Shown piece by piece: positions 41,450-50,908 of a stretch of 52,618 nt of DNA (the stretch's first letter is position 1; every line of letters begins with the position of its first letter). The notes under the pieces are model-generated. The model saw only the letters and a list, made by a program, of their open reading frames with translations. It was not told the origin of the DNA and made no database searches. Source of the stretch: Acidobacteriota bacterium (GTDB lineage: Bacteria; Acidobacteriota; Terriglobia; Acidiferrales; UBA7541); the NCBI GenBank assembly GCA_043758915.1, contig JAYVMO010000002.1, positions 1-52,618 of the forward strand, read 5' to 3'. The position numbers were made by a program, and so were the translations under genes.

Positions 41450-41599
41450 TCTCTGAGCGCACCAGCAATGCGTCTGCACGCGTTCTTACAGGGGAACGCC
41501 TCAATAACGCGTGCGAAGGAATTTTACCAAAGGAAGCCAGGGTTTCCGTTCCTGAAATGGAACGGCAGAAACTGAATTCCCACAACTGAAAACTTCCGC

Positions 41600-44314
41600 A
41601 TGAGCGAACCCACTACACCCCTGATGCAGCAGTATCATGCAATCAAGACGCGCTACCCGCACGCCCTGCTGCTCTTCCGTCTCGGCGATTTCTACGAACT
41701 CTTCCACGAAGATGCCATCATCGCCGCCCGCGAACTGCAAATCACGCTTACCTCTCGCAATCGCGAAAAGGGCCAGCCTATCCCCATGTGCGGCGTCCCG
41801 TATCACGCCGCCGAAGGCTACATCGCGCGCCTCATTCGCGCCGGCTTCAAAATCGCCATCTGCGACCAGATGGAGCAGCCCGGCCCCGGCAAAAAGCTTG
41901 TCCGCCGCGAAGTCGTCCGCGTCATCACCCCCGGCACCGCCACCGAGGCCGCCGTTCTCGACGCCCGCGAAAACAATTTTCTCGCCGCCGTCTCCCGGCA
42001 CTCTTCCGGTTCACCCGTCGGTCTCGCCTTCGTCGATCTTTCCACCGGCGAGTTTCAAGCCACCGAATTTTCTGGCCCCAGTGCCGACGATGATCTTCGC
42101 GATGAACTCCAGCTCCATCGCCCGCGCGAAACTCTCCTTCCCCGTCCGCAACAGCTCTTCGAAACCGCCAAGACCTCGCTTCTTGAAGGCGCTGGCGGCC
42201 TCGAGTCTCGCCTCGAAGACTGGGTCTTCCAGCACGACTATGCCGAGCGCATCCTCCGCGAACAATTTGGCGTCGCCGAGCTTACCGGCTTCGGCCTCGA
42301 CGGCCACGCCCAGTCGCTGGCCGCCGCCGGCGCCATCATCCACTACCTCCGCGAAAATTCTGCCCGCGGCGATGACGCGCCCAGCGTGGAAGCCCTGCGC
42401 CATCTCGACCGCGTTCGCTACTACCAGCAGCACGACGCGCTGGTGCTCGACCCCGTTTCCGTTCGCAATCTCGAGCTCCTCACGCCCATCTTCACCGAAG
42501 AAACCGGCCGCACCGGCCCCGCAACACTCCTCGCCTGCCTCGACGTCACCGTCACCGGCATGGGCGCCCGCCTTCTCCGCTCCTGGATTCTCCGCCCGCT
42601 CCTCCGCCAAGATGCCATCGAAGCCCGCCTTGGCGCGGTTACTCATCTTGTCCAGCAAACCGTGGTTCGCGGCGAAATTCGCAAGGAATTGAAAGGCATT
42701 CTCGACCTTGAGCGCCTTACCAGCCGCATTACCCTGGGTCTCGCCACGCCCCGTGAGCTTGTCGCACTGCGCAAATCCCTCGCGCAGCTTCCCACCCTGA
42801 AAAATTTTCTCACTCCGCCCCCCATTGGCGGCAGCGAACTACTTCGCCATCTCCACCACGAACTCGACGAACTCTCCGATGTCCGCGAACATCTGGAACG
42901 CGCCATCACCGATGAGCCGCCGGCCCTGGCCACCGATCCCGGCATGATTCGCAACGGCTATCACGGCGAACTCGACGAGCTTCGCAACCTCAGCCAGCAC
43001 AGCAAGCAGATCATCGCCGCGATGGAAGAGCGCGAGCGCAAGCGCACCAACATCGCCTCCCTGAAAATTCGCTTCAACCACATCTTTGGCTATTACATCG
43101 AAATCTCGAAAGCCAATCTCCATCTAGCTCCCGCCGATTACGAACGCAAACAAACTCTCGTCAACGCCGAGCGTTTCACCTGTCTGGAACTCAAAGACTA
43201 CGAGCGCAAGATTCTCGCCGCCGATGAGCGCATCCTCGAAATCGAACGCCAGCTCTTCGTCGAGATTCGCTCCGGCGTGGCGGCCCACGCCGCCCGCCTC
43301 CGCCGCACCGCTGCCGCCGTCGCCCAGCTCGATGTGCTAACCTCGCTGGCAAAACTCGCCGCCGACCGCGGCTACGTCCGCCCTGAATTCAATTCCACCG
43401 GCGAACTCCTCATCATCGGCGGCCGCCATCCCGTTATCGAAGAACTCCTGCGTCAGAAAGGCGAGCGCTTCGTCCCCAACGATCTTTTTCTCGAACCCGG
43501 GCGTCAGCAGCTTCTGCTCATCACTGGCCCCAACATGGGCGGAAAGTCCACCTACCTCCGCCAGGCCGCCCTCATTATTTTGATGGCGCAGATTGGCTCG
43601 TTCGTTCCTGCTCGCCAGGCCAAGCTGCCCATCACCGACCGCATCTTCACGCGCATCGGCGCCAGTGACAATCTCGCTCGCGGCCGCTCCACCTTCCTCG
43701 TCGAAATGAGCGAAGTTGCTGTCATCCTCAACCATGCCACGCCCTCCAGCCTCGTCCTCCTCGACGAAGTCGGACGAGGCACCGCCACTTTCGACGGCCT
43801 CTCCATCGCCTGGGCCGTCGTCGAGCATCTCCAGAAGCACATCCGCGCGCGCACCCTCTTCGCCACGCACTATCACGAGCTCACCGAGCTTGCCGGCCTC
43901 CTCCCCGCCGTGAAAAACGTCCACGTCTCCGTCAAGGAAACTCCCAGCGAAATCATCTTTCTCCGCCGCGTCGAACCTGGCTGCGCAGATAAAAGCTACG
44001 GCATCGAAGTCGCCCGCCTCGCCGGCCTCCCCCGCAGCGTCATCGAGCGCGCCCGCGAAGTCCTCAAAAAACACGAACAAAGCGAGCATCAGCTCAGCGA
44101 AACGCTCTCCCCCGGCGCTCTCGACGACCCCGCTGCCACCGCGACGAGCGGCGCAGCCGCGTCGTCCTCCTCTCGCCGCAACGGCCACCAGGAAGTCCTC
44201 TTCACTCCCCTCGACCGCGCCGTCCTCGACAAACTCCGCGATGCCGACCTCGACCAGCTCAAGCCCCTCGACGCCCTCAACCTCCTCGCCGAACTAAAAA
44301 AACAAATCTCCTGA
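41600..44314 (+). CDS. mutS: DNA mismatch repair protein MutS
   Basis: TPLMQQY, FRLGDFYELF, TGPNMGGKSTYLRQ, STFLVEM, LDEVGRGT, FATHYHEL, SYGIEVA. Confidence 0.98.
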   Translation: MSEPTTPLMQQYHAIKTRYPHALLLFRLGDFYELFHEDAIIAARELQITLTSRNREKGQPIPMCGVPYHAAEGYIARLIRAGFKIAICDQMEQPGPGKKLVRREVVRVITPGTATEAAVLDARENNFLAAVSRHSSGSPVGLAFVDLSTGEFQATEFSGPSADDDLRDELQLHRPRETLLPRPQQLFETAKTSLLEGAGGLESRLEDWVFQHDYAERILREQFGVAELTGFGLDGHAQSLAAAGAIIHYLRENSARGDDAPSVEALRHLDRVRYYQQHDALVLDPVSVRNLELLTPIFTEETGRTGPATLLACLDVTVTGMGARLLRSWILRPLLRQDAIEARLGAVTHLVQQTVVRGEIRKELKGILDLERLTSRITLGLATPRELVALRKSLAQLPTLKNFLTPPPIGGSELLRHLHHELDELSDVREHLERAITDEPPALATDPGMIRNGYHGELDELRNLSQHSKQIIAAMEERERKRTNIASLKIRFNHIFGYYIEISKANLHLAPADYERKQTLVNAERFTCLELKDYERKILAADERILEIERQLFVEIRSGVAAHAARLRRTAAAVAQLDVLTSLAKLAADRGYVRPEFNSTGELLIIGGRHPVIEELLRQKGERFVPNDLFLEPGRQQLLLITGPNMGGKSTYLRQAALIILMAQIGSFVPARQAKLPITDRIFTRIGASDNLARGRSTFLVEMSEVAVILNHATPSSLVLLDEVGRGTATFDGLSIAWAVVEHLQKHIRARTLFATHYHELTELAGLLPAVKNVHVSVKETPSEIIFLRRVEPGCADKSYGIEVARLAGLPRSVIERAREVLKKHEQSEHQLSETLSPGALDDPAATATSGAAASSSSRRNGHQEVLFTPLDRAVLDKLRDADLDQLKPLDALNLLAELKKQIS

Positions 44315-44330
44315 CAAAGTTACCCGCGCC

Positions 44331-44426
44331 CTTTGCGCATCCGCCGCCCTCGCAGCGTTAATTCTTTCTCTCCGTCTTCTTCTATGTCCACTGTGTTCTG
44401 CGCGTACTCTGTGCTTAAATCCCTTC
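44331..44426. repeat. Two degenerate copies of a short 'CTCTG(T/C)G...CTCTGTGTTAAATCC' interspersed repeat
   Basis: 44331-44371 (...gcgttaattc) and 44391-44426 (ctgtgttctgcgcgtactctgtgcttaaatccc) resemble the copy at 45771-45815. Confidence 0.45.
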
Positions 44427-44433
44427 ACACACG

Positions 44434-45699
44434 ATGCCATCGAAATCCACCCTCATCCTCGGCCTTATGTCCGGAACCTCCGCCGACGGCATCGACGTCG
44501 CTCTCGCGCGTATCTCCGGAGCGCCCCCGCATCTCAACGCTAAGCTTCTCGGCCACACTTCGATCAGTTTTCCGCCCGCCGTGCGCAAAGAAATCCTCCA
44601 CGTCGCCGAGCAATCCCCAATCACCGCGGGCGCCCTCAGCCAGCTCAATTTTCGCTTGGGAGAACTTTTCGCCGAAGCCGTGCTCACCGCCTGCCGCCGC
44701 TTCCGCATCTCGCCATCGCGCATCTCGCTAATCGGCAGCCACGGCCAGACCGTCTTTCATCAAGGCCGCCCCGTTCCGTGCCTCGGCCGCGCCACGGCTT
44801 CCACGCTGCAAATCGGCGAACCCGCCGTCATCGCCGCGCGCACTGGCATCACCACCGTCGCCGACTTTCGCCCCGCCGATATCGCCCTCGGCGGCCAGGG
44901 CGCGCCCCTCGTTCCTTACGCCGACTATCTTTTGTACCGCCACCCAAAACTCGGCCGCGTCTCCCTTAACCTCGGTGGCATCGCCAACATCACCGTCATC
45001 CCCGCTTCGGCCAAGCCGTCGCAAATCCTCGCCTTCGACACTGGCCCCGCCAACATGCTCATCGACGCTCTCGTCTCCCACTTCACTCACGGCCGCCAGC
45101 GCTTCGACAAAAACGCCTGCCTCGCCGCGCAAGGCCGCAGCTTCCCCGCGCTCCTCGACGATCTCATGCGCGACCCGTACCTGAAACTCCCGCCTCCCAA
45201 ATCCACCGGCCGCGAATACTTCGGCAGCGCCTGCCTCAAGAAGCTCCTGGCTCTCGGCCGCCGCCACCACGCCAAGCCCAACGATCTAATCCGCGCCGCC
45301 ACCATTTTCACCGCCCTCTCCGTCGTCGACGCCCTCCACCGCTTCGTCCTCCCCAAAACAAAAATCCATCAACTCATCGTCTCCGGCGGCGGCGCCCAAA
45401 ACCCGCTACTCCTAGCCCAACTCTCCGCTGCCCTCCGTGCCACGGATTTATACCGCGTCCCCTCTTCGGCCGTAGGGGCACGATACATCGTGCCCTCTGA
45501 AGCCAAAGCCGCCCGTGCGTCCGCCATCGATATTCTTCCTTCCTCCGCCGTCGGCATCTCCGAATCCGCCAAGGAATCCTTCGCCTTCGCTCTTCTTGCC
45601 TACGAAACCTTTCACCAGCGCCCCTCCAATCTCCCTTCGGCCACCGGCGCCCACGGCCCCGCCATTCTGGGTAAAATCTCCTATGCCCCTCCGCGCTAA
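44434..45699 (+). CDS. anmK: Anhydro-N-acetylmuramic acid kinase
   Basis: GLMSGTSADGID, GSHGQT, DFRPADIALGGQGAPLVP, NLGGIAN, FDTGPAN, PKSTGRE, SGGGA.N, AKE..FA.L. Confidence 0.96.
   Translation: MPSKSTLILGLMSGTSADGIDVALARISGAPPHLNAKLLGHTSISFPPAVRKEILHVAEQSPITAGALSQLNFRLGELFAEAVLTACRRFRISPSRISLIGSHGQTVFHQGRPVPCLGRATASTLQIGEPAVIAARTGITTVADFRPADIALGGQGAPLVPYADYLLYRHPKLGRVSLNLGGIANITVIPASAKPSQILAFDTGPANMLIDALVSHFTHGRQRFDKNACLAAQGRSFPALLDDLMRDPYLKLPPPKSTGREYFGSACLKKLLALGRRHHAKPNDLIRAATIFTALSVVDALHRFVLPKTKIHQLIVSGGGAQNPLLLAQLSAALRATDLYRVPSSAVGARYIVPSEAKAARASAIDILPSSAVGISESAKESFAFALLAYETFHQRPSNLPSATGAHGPAILGKISYAPPR
45472..45496 (+). repeat. GTAG-type REP palindrome within anmK
   Basis: GTAG-GGGCACGAT-ac-ATCGTGCCC-T with a perfect 9-bp stem. 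Confidence 0.7.
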
Positions 45700-47344
45700 T
45701 CAACCGCATCAATCGCTCAACTGCGCTCGGTGCGCATCTCGCTCGGCAGCGCCGCCACCTTCCTTCTCTTCTCTGTGCCCTCTGCGTCTCTGTGCCCTCC
45801 GTGTTAAATCCTTTTCTTCGTTTTTCTTTGCCCTTACTATCACCTTCGCATTTATCTCTAGCTGCTCTCGCCCAGTCAACAACGATCCCTCTTCTCTCAC
45901 CTTCCTCATCGAATCCAATCCCACCAACCTAGACCCCCGCTTCGCCACCGACGCCAACTCCCAGCATATCGACGGCATCCTCTTCAGCAGCCTTCTCCAG
46001 CGCGACGCTCTGATGAATCTCCACGGCGACCTCGCCGAGTCCTGGGACACTCCCGATCCCCTCACCTACGTCTTCCATCTCCGCCGCGGCGTCCGCTTCC
46101 ACGACGGCCGCCCCCTCACCTCCGCCGACGTCAAAGCCACCTTCGATTTCATCCTCAATCCCGCCAACCGCTCCCCCAAGCGCGGCGGCTTCCGCATGAT
46201 CTCTTCCATCGCGGCGACCGAGGACACCACCGTCATCTTCCATCTCAGCGAGCCTTACGCCTCCTTCACCGCCAATCTCATTCCCTCCGCCCTCGGCATC
46301 GTCCCCGCGAACGCCGGCGCGGACTTCTCCCGCCATCCCATCGGCTCTGGCCCCTTCCGCTTCGTCAGCCAATCGCAAGACGACGAAGTCGTCGTCGAAC
46401 GCAACCCCGATTATTTCCGCGGCGCCCCGCAAATCACCCGCGTAAAGTTTCGCGTCGTCCCCGACGCCATCGTTCGCGCCCTCGAACTTCGCAAAGGCTC
46501 CGCCGACCTCGAAGTCAGCACCCTTGCGCCCGACATGATCCCCGTCCTCGCCAAAGACCCCCATCTCGCCGTCACTCAGCGCCCCGGAACCAACTTCACC
46601 TATCTCGGTCTAAATCTCGAAGACCCCATCCTCGCTCACCGCGAAGTTCGCCAAGCCCTCGCCTTCGCCACCGACCGCGAAGCCCTCATTCACTATCTAC
46701 TCCACGGCCAGGCCCGCGTCGCCGCCGGCATTCTCCCGCCCAACCACTGGGCCTACGAACCCAACGTCGCGCAATACGCTCTCGACACCGCCCGCGCCGA
46801 AAAACTCCTCGACGCCGCCGGCTTCCCGCGCCAACAAAACGGCATCCGCTTCCATCTCATGCTGAAAACCTCCACCGACGAACAATTCCGCCTTATCGGC
46901 GCCGCCCTCCAGGAGCAGTGGCGCAAAGTCGGCATCGACCTCGAACTCCGCCCCCTCGAATTCGCCACCCTCCTCTCCGACGCCATCAAAGGAAACTTCC
47001 AGCTCAATCTCCTCCGCTGGGTCGGCGCCAACACCGATCCCGACATCTTCGAATTTGTCTTCTCCTCGAAACGCTTTCCTCCCGACGGCGCCAACCGCGG
47101 ACACTACCGCAACCCGCGCATCGACGCGCTAACCGACCAAATTCGCGTGGAAATGAATCCCGAAAAAAGAAAAGCCCTCTGCAGCGAAGCCCAAAAAATC
47201 CTGGCCGTCGATCTCCCCTATCTCCCCCTCTGGTTCACCGACGCCGTCTCCGTCCACCGCCGCTCCCTCGGCGACCTGCCACTCTCCCCCACCGGCGACT
47301 TCGACTTCCTCGCCACCCTTCCAGCCCCCAACTCGACCCGCTAG
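45683..47344 (+). CDS. Peptide/nickel ABC transporter substrate-binding lipoprotein (family 5)
   Basis: Lipobox-like FISSC, LDPR, DLAESW, FHLRRGVRFHDG.PLTSADVKATF, PIGSGPF, VRQAL..A.DR. Start uncertain. Confidence 0.9.
   Translation: MPLRANQPHQSLNCARCASRSAAPPPSFSSLCPLRLCALRVKSFSSFFFALTITFAFISSCSRPVNNDPSSLTFLIESNPTNLDPRFATDANSQHIDGILFSSLLQRDALMNLHGDLAESWDTPDPLTYVFHLRRGVRFHDGRPLTSADVKATFDFILNPANRSPKRGGFRMISSIAATEDTTVIFHLSEPYASFTANLIPSALGIVPANAGADFSRHPIGSGPFRFVSQSQDDEVVVERNPDYFRGAPQITRVKFRVVPDAIVRALELRKGSADLEVSTLAPDMIPVLAKDPHLAVTQRPGTNFTYLGLNLEDPILAHREVRQALAFATDREALIHYLLHGQARVAAGILPPNHWAYEPNVAQYALDTARAEKLLDAAGFPRQQNGIRFHLMLKTSTDEQFRLIGAALQEQWRKVGIDLELRPLEFATLLSDAIKGNFQLNLLRWVGANTDPDIFEFVFSSKRFPPDGANRGHYRNPRIDALTDQIRVEMNPEKRKALCSEAQKILAVDLPYLPLWFTDAVSVHRRSLGDLPLSPTGDFDFLATLPAPNSTR
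45771..45815. repeat. CTCTGTGCCCTCTGCGTCTCTGTGCCCTCCGTGTTAAATCC repeat unit within the SBP 5' region
   Basis: Internal 8-9-nt periodicity, similar to the copies at 44331-44426. Confidence 0.55.
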
Positions 47345-47353
47345 CGCTTCTTT

Positions 47354-47376
47354 GTAGCGCCAGCATCCTGCTGGCG
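47354..47376 (+). repeat. GTAG-type REP palindrome
   Basis: GTAG-CGCCAGCA-tcc-TGCTGGCG immediately after the SBP stop. Confidence 0.65.
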
Positions 47377-47451
47377 GGTTTCGCTAAAGCCCACTACCCT
47401 TATAGCGGTAGATCAAACTTCGTTGCGCTCAGCGGCATGCGACGGCCTGTT

Positions 47452-47661
47452 ATGTTGAAAAAACTCGGCTTATATGTCAGCAAGGGTGTCACTCTCGCCG
47501 GTACCCTGCTTTGGTTCTTTTTTCCGCTTCGCCAGCGTTCCGGCTGGGTCTGGTTTTTCGGCTTGACCGCGTTGATAGGTCTTTCATTTCTTGCATGGAA
47601 GCGGCTGGAAACCGGCGATAACCGTGGCTGGAGCCAGGAAACACCCCGCACGAAATCTTAA
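47452..47661 (+). CDS. Small 2-TM hypothetical membrane protein (69 aa)
   Basis: MLKKLGLYVSKGVTLAGTLLWFFFPLRQRSGWVWFFGLTALIGLSFLAWKRLE.... It fills the intergenic gap and is more T-rich than its neighbours. Confidence 0.6.
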   Translation: MLKKLGLYVSKGVTLAGTLLWFFFPLRQRSGWVWFFGLTALIGLSFLAWKRLETGDNRGWSQETPRTKS

Positions 47662-47687
47662 CTACGTGAAATAGAAAGCTGCAGCTT

Positions 47688-47710
47688 GGAGTGCGGCGGC
47701 TTGCCGCCGC
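47688..47710 (+). repeat. GGAG-type REP-like palindrome
   Basis: GGAGT-GCGGCGGC-tt-GCCGCCGC between convergent genes. Confidence 0.6.
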
Positions 47711-47716
47711 AGTGTT

Positions 47717-48382
47717 CTAACCCAGCGCTCGCTCAATCTCCGCCACGGGAATCGCCCCCTCCCGCACAATCTTCCAATCCTCTCCATGCAGCTCCACGAT
47801 CGTCGAAGGCAGCGTCATTCCCGTTTCCCCCGCGTCCAGCACCAGCGGAAGCCGCTCGCCCAGTTGCTTCATCACCTGCTGCGCGCTCGAACACGGCGGA
47901 AATCCCGATATATTCGCGCTCGTCCCCGTAATCGGCCCGTCAAACTCCGCGATCAACTGCTCCACTACGGCGCTCTTCGGCCAGCGCAGCGCCACTTTCC
48001 CCGTGTTGGCCGTCACCTTTAGTGGCACGCGGTTCGACGCCTCCATCACCAGCGTTAGCCCGCCCGGCCAGAACGCCTCCGCCAATTTCAGAAAACTTTT
48101 CGGCGGATGCTCCATCCCCAAGCGCAAGTGGTCTCGCTCCCCGATCAACAGCAATGCCTGCTCCACGGAATTCACCAAGATCGGCAGCGCCCGCGTTTCC
48201 GGACGCCCCTTCACGCGGTAAATTTCGTCCACCGCCGCGAGATTAAAAGGATCCGCAGCCAGTCCGTACAAAGTATCCGTGGGAATTCCGATGACACAGC
48301 CCCGCGCAAGAAAATGCGCCGCATAGCGCACCAAATCCAGCTCCGGGGATTGCGCATTCACGCGCAACAGTTCTGCCGGCAA
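47717..48382 (-). CDS. tsaC: L-threonylcarbamoyladenylate synthase (YrdC/Sua5)
   Basis: PTDTLYGL, KGRP, FWPGGLT, TSANISG, PSTIV, REGAI. Confidence 0.93.
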   Translation of the reverse strand: MPAELLRVNAQSPELDLVRYAAHFLARGCVIGIPTDTLYGLAADPFNLAAVDEIYRVKGRPETRALPILVNSVEQALLLIGERDHLRLGMEHPPKSFLKLAEAFWPGGLTLVMEASNRVPLKVTANTGKVALRWPKSAVVEQLIAEFDGPITGTSANISGFPPCSSAQQVMKQLGERLPLVLDAGETGMTLPSTIVELHGEDWKIVREGAIPVAEIERALG

Positions 48383-48554
48383 TTTTTTGGCCTTCGGCGA
48401 AGTCGTAATCCCGTCCTCCAGCGCTCGCCCGCGCCCCCGCTCATTCCGGCGACGCTACCACACGCCCGCACGGGGCGCAATAAAAGCTTACGGTTCCTAA
48501 GGCTTGTCCCTGGTGTTAGCCTCTGAGACAAGAAATTTGCTACGCTCCCTTGTG

Positions 48555-49523
48555 ATGGCTACGCCCGGAAAATCCGCTCGTAACACTCGCTCCGCCGATG
48601 AACCGGCGCTCCTCACCAGCCGCGACAATCGCTGGCTTAAGGAATTTCGCATAGCCCTTCGCGGCGGCTTGCCCACGGAGTCCGGTGCAGTAGGCGTCGA
48701 AGGCGTCCGCCTGGTCGAGGAAGCACTCCGCTCCGGCTGCCCCATCCAAGCCGTGCTCTTCAGCGAATCCGGAGATCGCCATCGCGAGCGCCTCGCTCCC
48801 TTCATCCACCGCCCAGAAATCGCCTTCCCCGTCCTCCGCACCACCGATCGCCTCTTTGAAGGCCTCGCCGACACTGAGCATCCACAAGGCGTCGCTGCTC
48901 TAGTTCAGCCGCGCGTCACCACATTCGACGACCTCGTCCGCACGCCAGACGGTGCATGCTCGCCTCTGCTTGTCGTTCTTGCCGGCGTCCAAGACCCCGG
49001 CAACGTTTGCACCATCCTGCGCACCGCCGCCGCCTTCGGTGCCACCGGTGCAGCCACTGCCGCTTCCGGAATCAGCGGCACCGCCAGCCCTTTCTCCCCG
49101 AAAGCTCTGCGCGCCTCCGCCGGTGCAGCTCTGCATCTTCCCATCCTCGCGGGAATGTCTCTCTCCATCCTTCTCGCTCAACTCAAGATCACCGGTATCC
49201 GCACACTCGCATCCAGCGCGCACGAACCTCATGCAGGAGACCCGCCCCGATCCGATCTCGACCAGCCGCTCCTCGCCCCCTGGGAAGTTGATTGGTGTCA
49301 ACCTGTAGCACTCCTCGTCGGGAACGAAGGCGCGGGCCTCCCCGAAGAAGTCGAGCAAAGCGCCGACGCGCGCATCCGCATCCCCATGGCCAGCGGCATC
49401 GAATCGCTCAACGCCGCCGCTGCCGCTGCCGTCCTCTTCTACGAAGCCGCGCGCCAAAGAAACTCCAGCAGCGCCAAAGACATCCAATCTCCGGTAGCCT
49501 CTCAGTCATTCAAACTAACGTGA
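48555..49523 (+). CDS. TrmH/SpoU-family RNA 2'-O-methyltransferase
   Basis: VEGVRLVEEAL, HPQGV.A, QDPGNV.TILRT, VGNEGAGL, IPMASGIESLNAA. Confidence 0.92.
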   Translation: MATPGKSARNTRSADEPALLTSRDNRWLKEFRIALRGGLPTESGAVGVEGVRLVEEALRSGCPIQAVLFSESGDRHRERLAPFIHRPEIAFPVLRTTDRLFEGLADTEHPQGVAALVQPRVTTFDDLVRTPDGACSPLLVVLAGVQDPGNVCTILRTAAAFGATGAATAASGISGTASPFSPKALRASAGAALHLPILAGMSLSILLAQLKITGIRTLASSAHEPHAGDPPRSDLDQPLLAPWEVDWCQPVALLVGNEGAGLPEEVEQSADARIRIPMASGIESLNAAAAAAVLFYEAARQRNSSSAKDIQSPVASQSFKLT

Positions 49524-50899
49524 GCCTCTTCTCCAAACTCCCGCATCCCGCCGAACCTGACATTCCCTCGGCCCACCAGCCTCTTGCCGAGCGCATGCGC
49601 CCCCGCACGCTCGATGAATTCATCGGCCAGGAAAAACTTCTCGGCCCCGGCAAACCCCTCCGCATCCAGATCGAAAACGACGACATCGGCTCCATGCTCT
49701 TATGGGGCCCGCCGGGCTGTGGCAAGACCACCCTCGCGCGCCTCATCGCCCGCCTCACAAGCTCGGAGTTCATCTCCTTCAGCGCCGTCCTCACCGGCAT
49801 CAAGGAAATCAAGGAAGTCATGGCCGCCGCCGAACACAAATCCCGCTCCGGCCATCGCACCATAGTCTTCGTCGATGAAGTCCACCGCTTCAATAAAGCT
49901 CAGCAGGATGCCTTCCTCCCTTACGTCGAAGCCGGCCACATCATCTTCATCGGCGCGACCACCGAGAATCCTTCCTTTGAAGTCATCTCACCGCTCCTCT
50001 CGCGCACCAAGGTTTACATCCTCGATGCGCTCCCCACTCCGCTCATCGCCGAACTTCTTCGCCGCGCTCTCCACGACAAAGAATGCGGTTTGGGTGTCGC
50101 GCGCTTCGCGGGCGTACATGAAAACGATCCGCTCGAAGCTTCCGACGACGTCCTCTTCCGCATCGCTTCCTTCGCCAACGGCGACGCCCGCTCCGCCTAC
50201 AACACGCTCGAGCTCTGTGCGCGCAGTGCAAAACCGGACACTTCCGGCGCGCCACACATCACCTCCGAACTCCTCGCAGATGTCTTGCAAAGAAAACTTC
50301 TGCGCTACGACAAAGCTGGCGAAGAGCACTACAACCTTATTTCCGCGCTCCACAAATCCGTCCGCAATTCCGATCCCGACGCCGCCCTCTATTGGCTCGC
50401 CCGCATGCTCGAATCCGGAGAAGACCCCCTGTATCTCGCCCGCCGCATGGTGCGCATGGCCAGCGAAGACATTGGCCTCGCTGAGCCTGGCGCGCTCGCC
50501 GTCACGCTCGCCGCCAAGGACGCCTTCGACTTCCTCGGAGCGCCCGAAGGCTATCTCGCTCTCGCCCAAGCCGCCGTATATCTTTCCCTCGCGCCAAAAT
50601 CAAATGCTCTGTACACCGGCTATGGGGCTGTCTCCGAAGACGTTCGCAAAACCGAAGCCGATCCCGTCCCCCTGCATCTCCGCAACGCCGTCACCGGCCT
50701 CATGAAACACGCCGGCTACGGCGAAGGCTACCAGTACGCCCACAATTCCGAGGAAAAAGTCACCGGCATGACCTGCCTCCCCGAAAATCTCGCCAACCGT
50801 GTCTACTACCAGCCTACCGACCAGGGCTTCGAGCAACGCCTCCGCCTGCGCCTCGAAGAAATTCGTAAAATCAAATCCCGCGTCGTGGCAAAATCTTGA
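49520..50899 (+). CDS. rarA: Replication-associated recombination protein A (AAA+)
   Basis: PLAERMRP, GPPGCGKTT, VDEVHRFNKAQQD, GATTENPSF, ISALHKSVR.SD, ASEDIGLA, VPLHLRNA. GTG start overlaps the upstream TGA. Confidence 0.96.
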   Translation: MSLFSKLPHPAEPDIPSAHQPLAERMRPRTLDEFIGQEKLLGPGKPLRIQIENDDIGSMLLWGPPGCGKTTLARLIARLTSSEFISFSAVLTGIKEIKEVMAAAEHKSRSGHRTIVFVDEVHRFNKAQQDAFLPYVEAGHIIFIGATTENPSFEVISPLLSRTKVYILDALPTPLIAELLRRALHDKECGLGVARFAGVHENDPLEASDDVLFRIASFANGDARSAYNTLELCARSAKPDTSGAPHITSELLADVLQRKLLRYDKAGEEHYNLISALHKSVRNSDPDAALYWLARMLESGEDPLYLARRMVRMASEDIGLAEPGALAVTLAAKDAFDFLGAPEGYLALAQAAVYLSLAPKSNALYTGYGAVSEDVRKTEADPVPLHLRNAVTGLMKHAGYGEGYQYAHNSEEKVTGMTCLPENLANRVYYQPTDQGFEQRLRLRLEEIRKIKSRVVAKS

Positions 50900-50908
50900 G
50901 TGCATCCC

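Noticed and set aside
41470-41575. Hairpins upstream of mutS (GCACGCGTT/AACGCGTGC; CCGTTCC/GGAACGG)
   Set aside because: No U-tract and no recognisable family, so no function can be supported.
49000-49015. TrmH motif 1 reads GNVCT rather than GNxG
   Set aside because: A single-nucleotide difference with the other SPOUT motifs intact; insufficient to call a pseudogene or a novelty.
49292-49519. Extended N-termini of rarA (and likewise glyS, mazG, SBP, EamA) in the ORF track
   Set aside because: They overlap upstream genes or promoter regions. Downstream starts give typical stop/start overlaps and family-typical N-termini.
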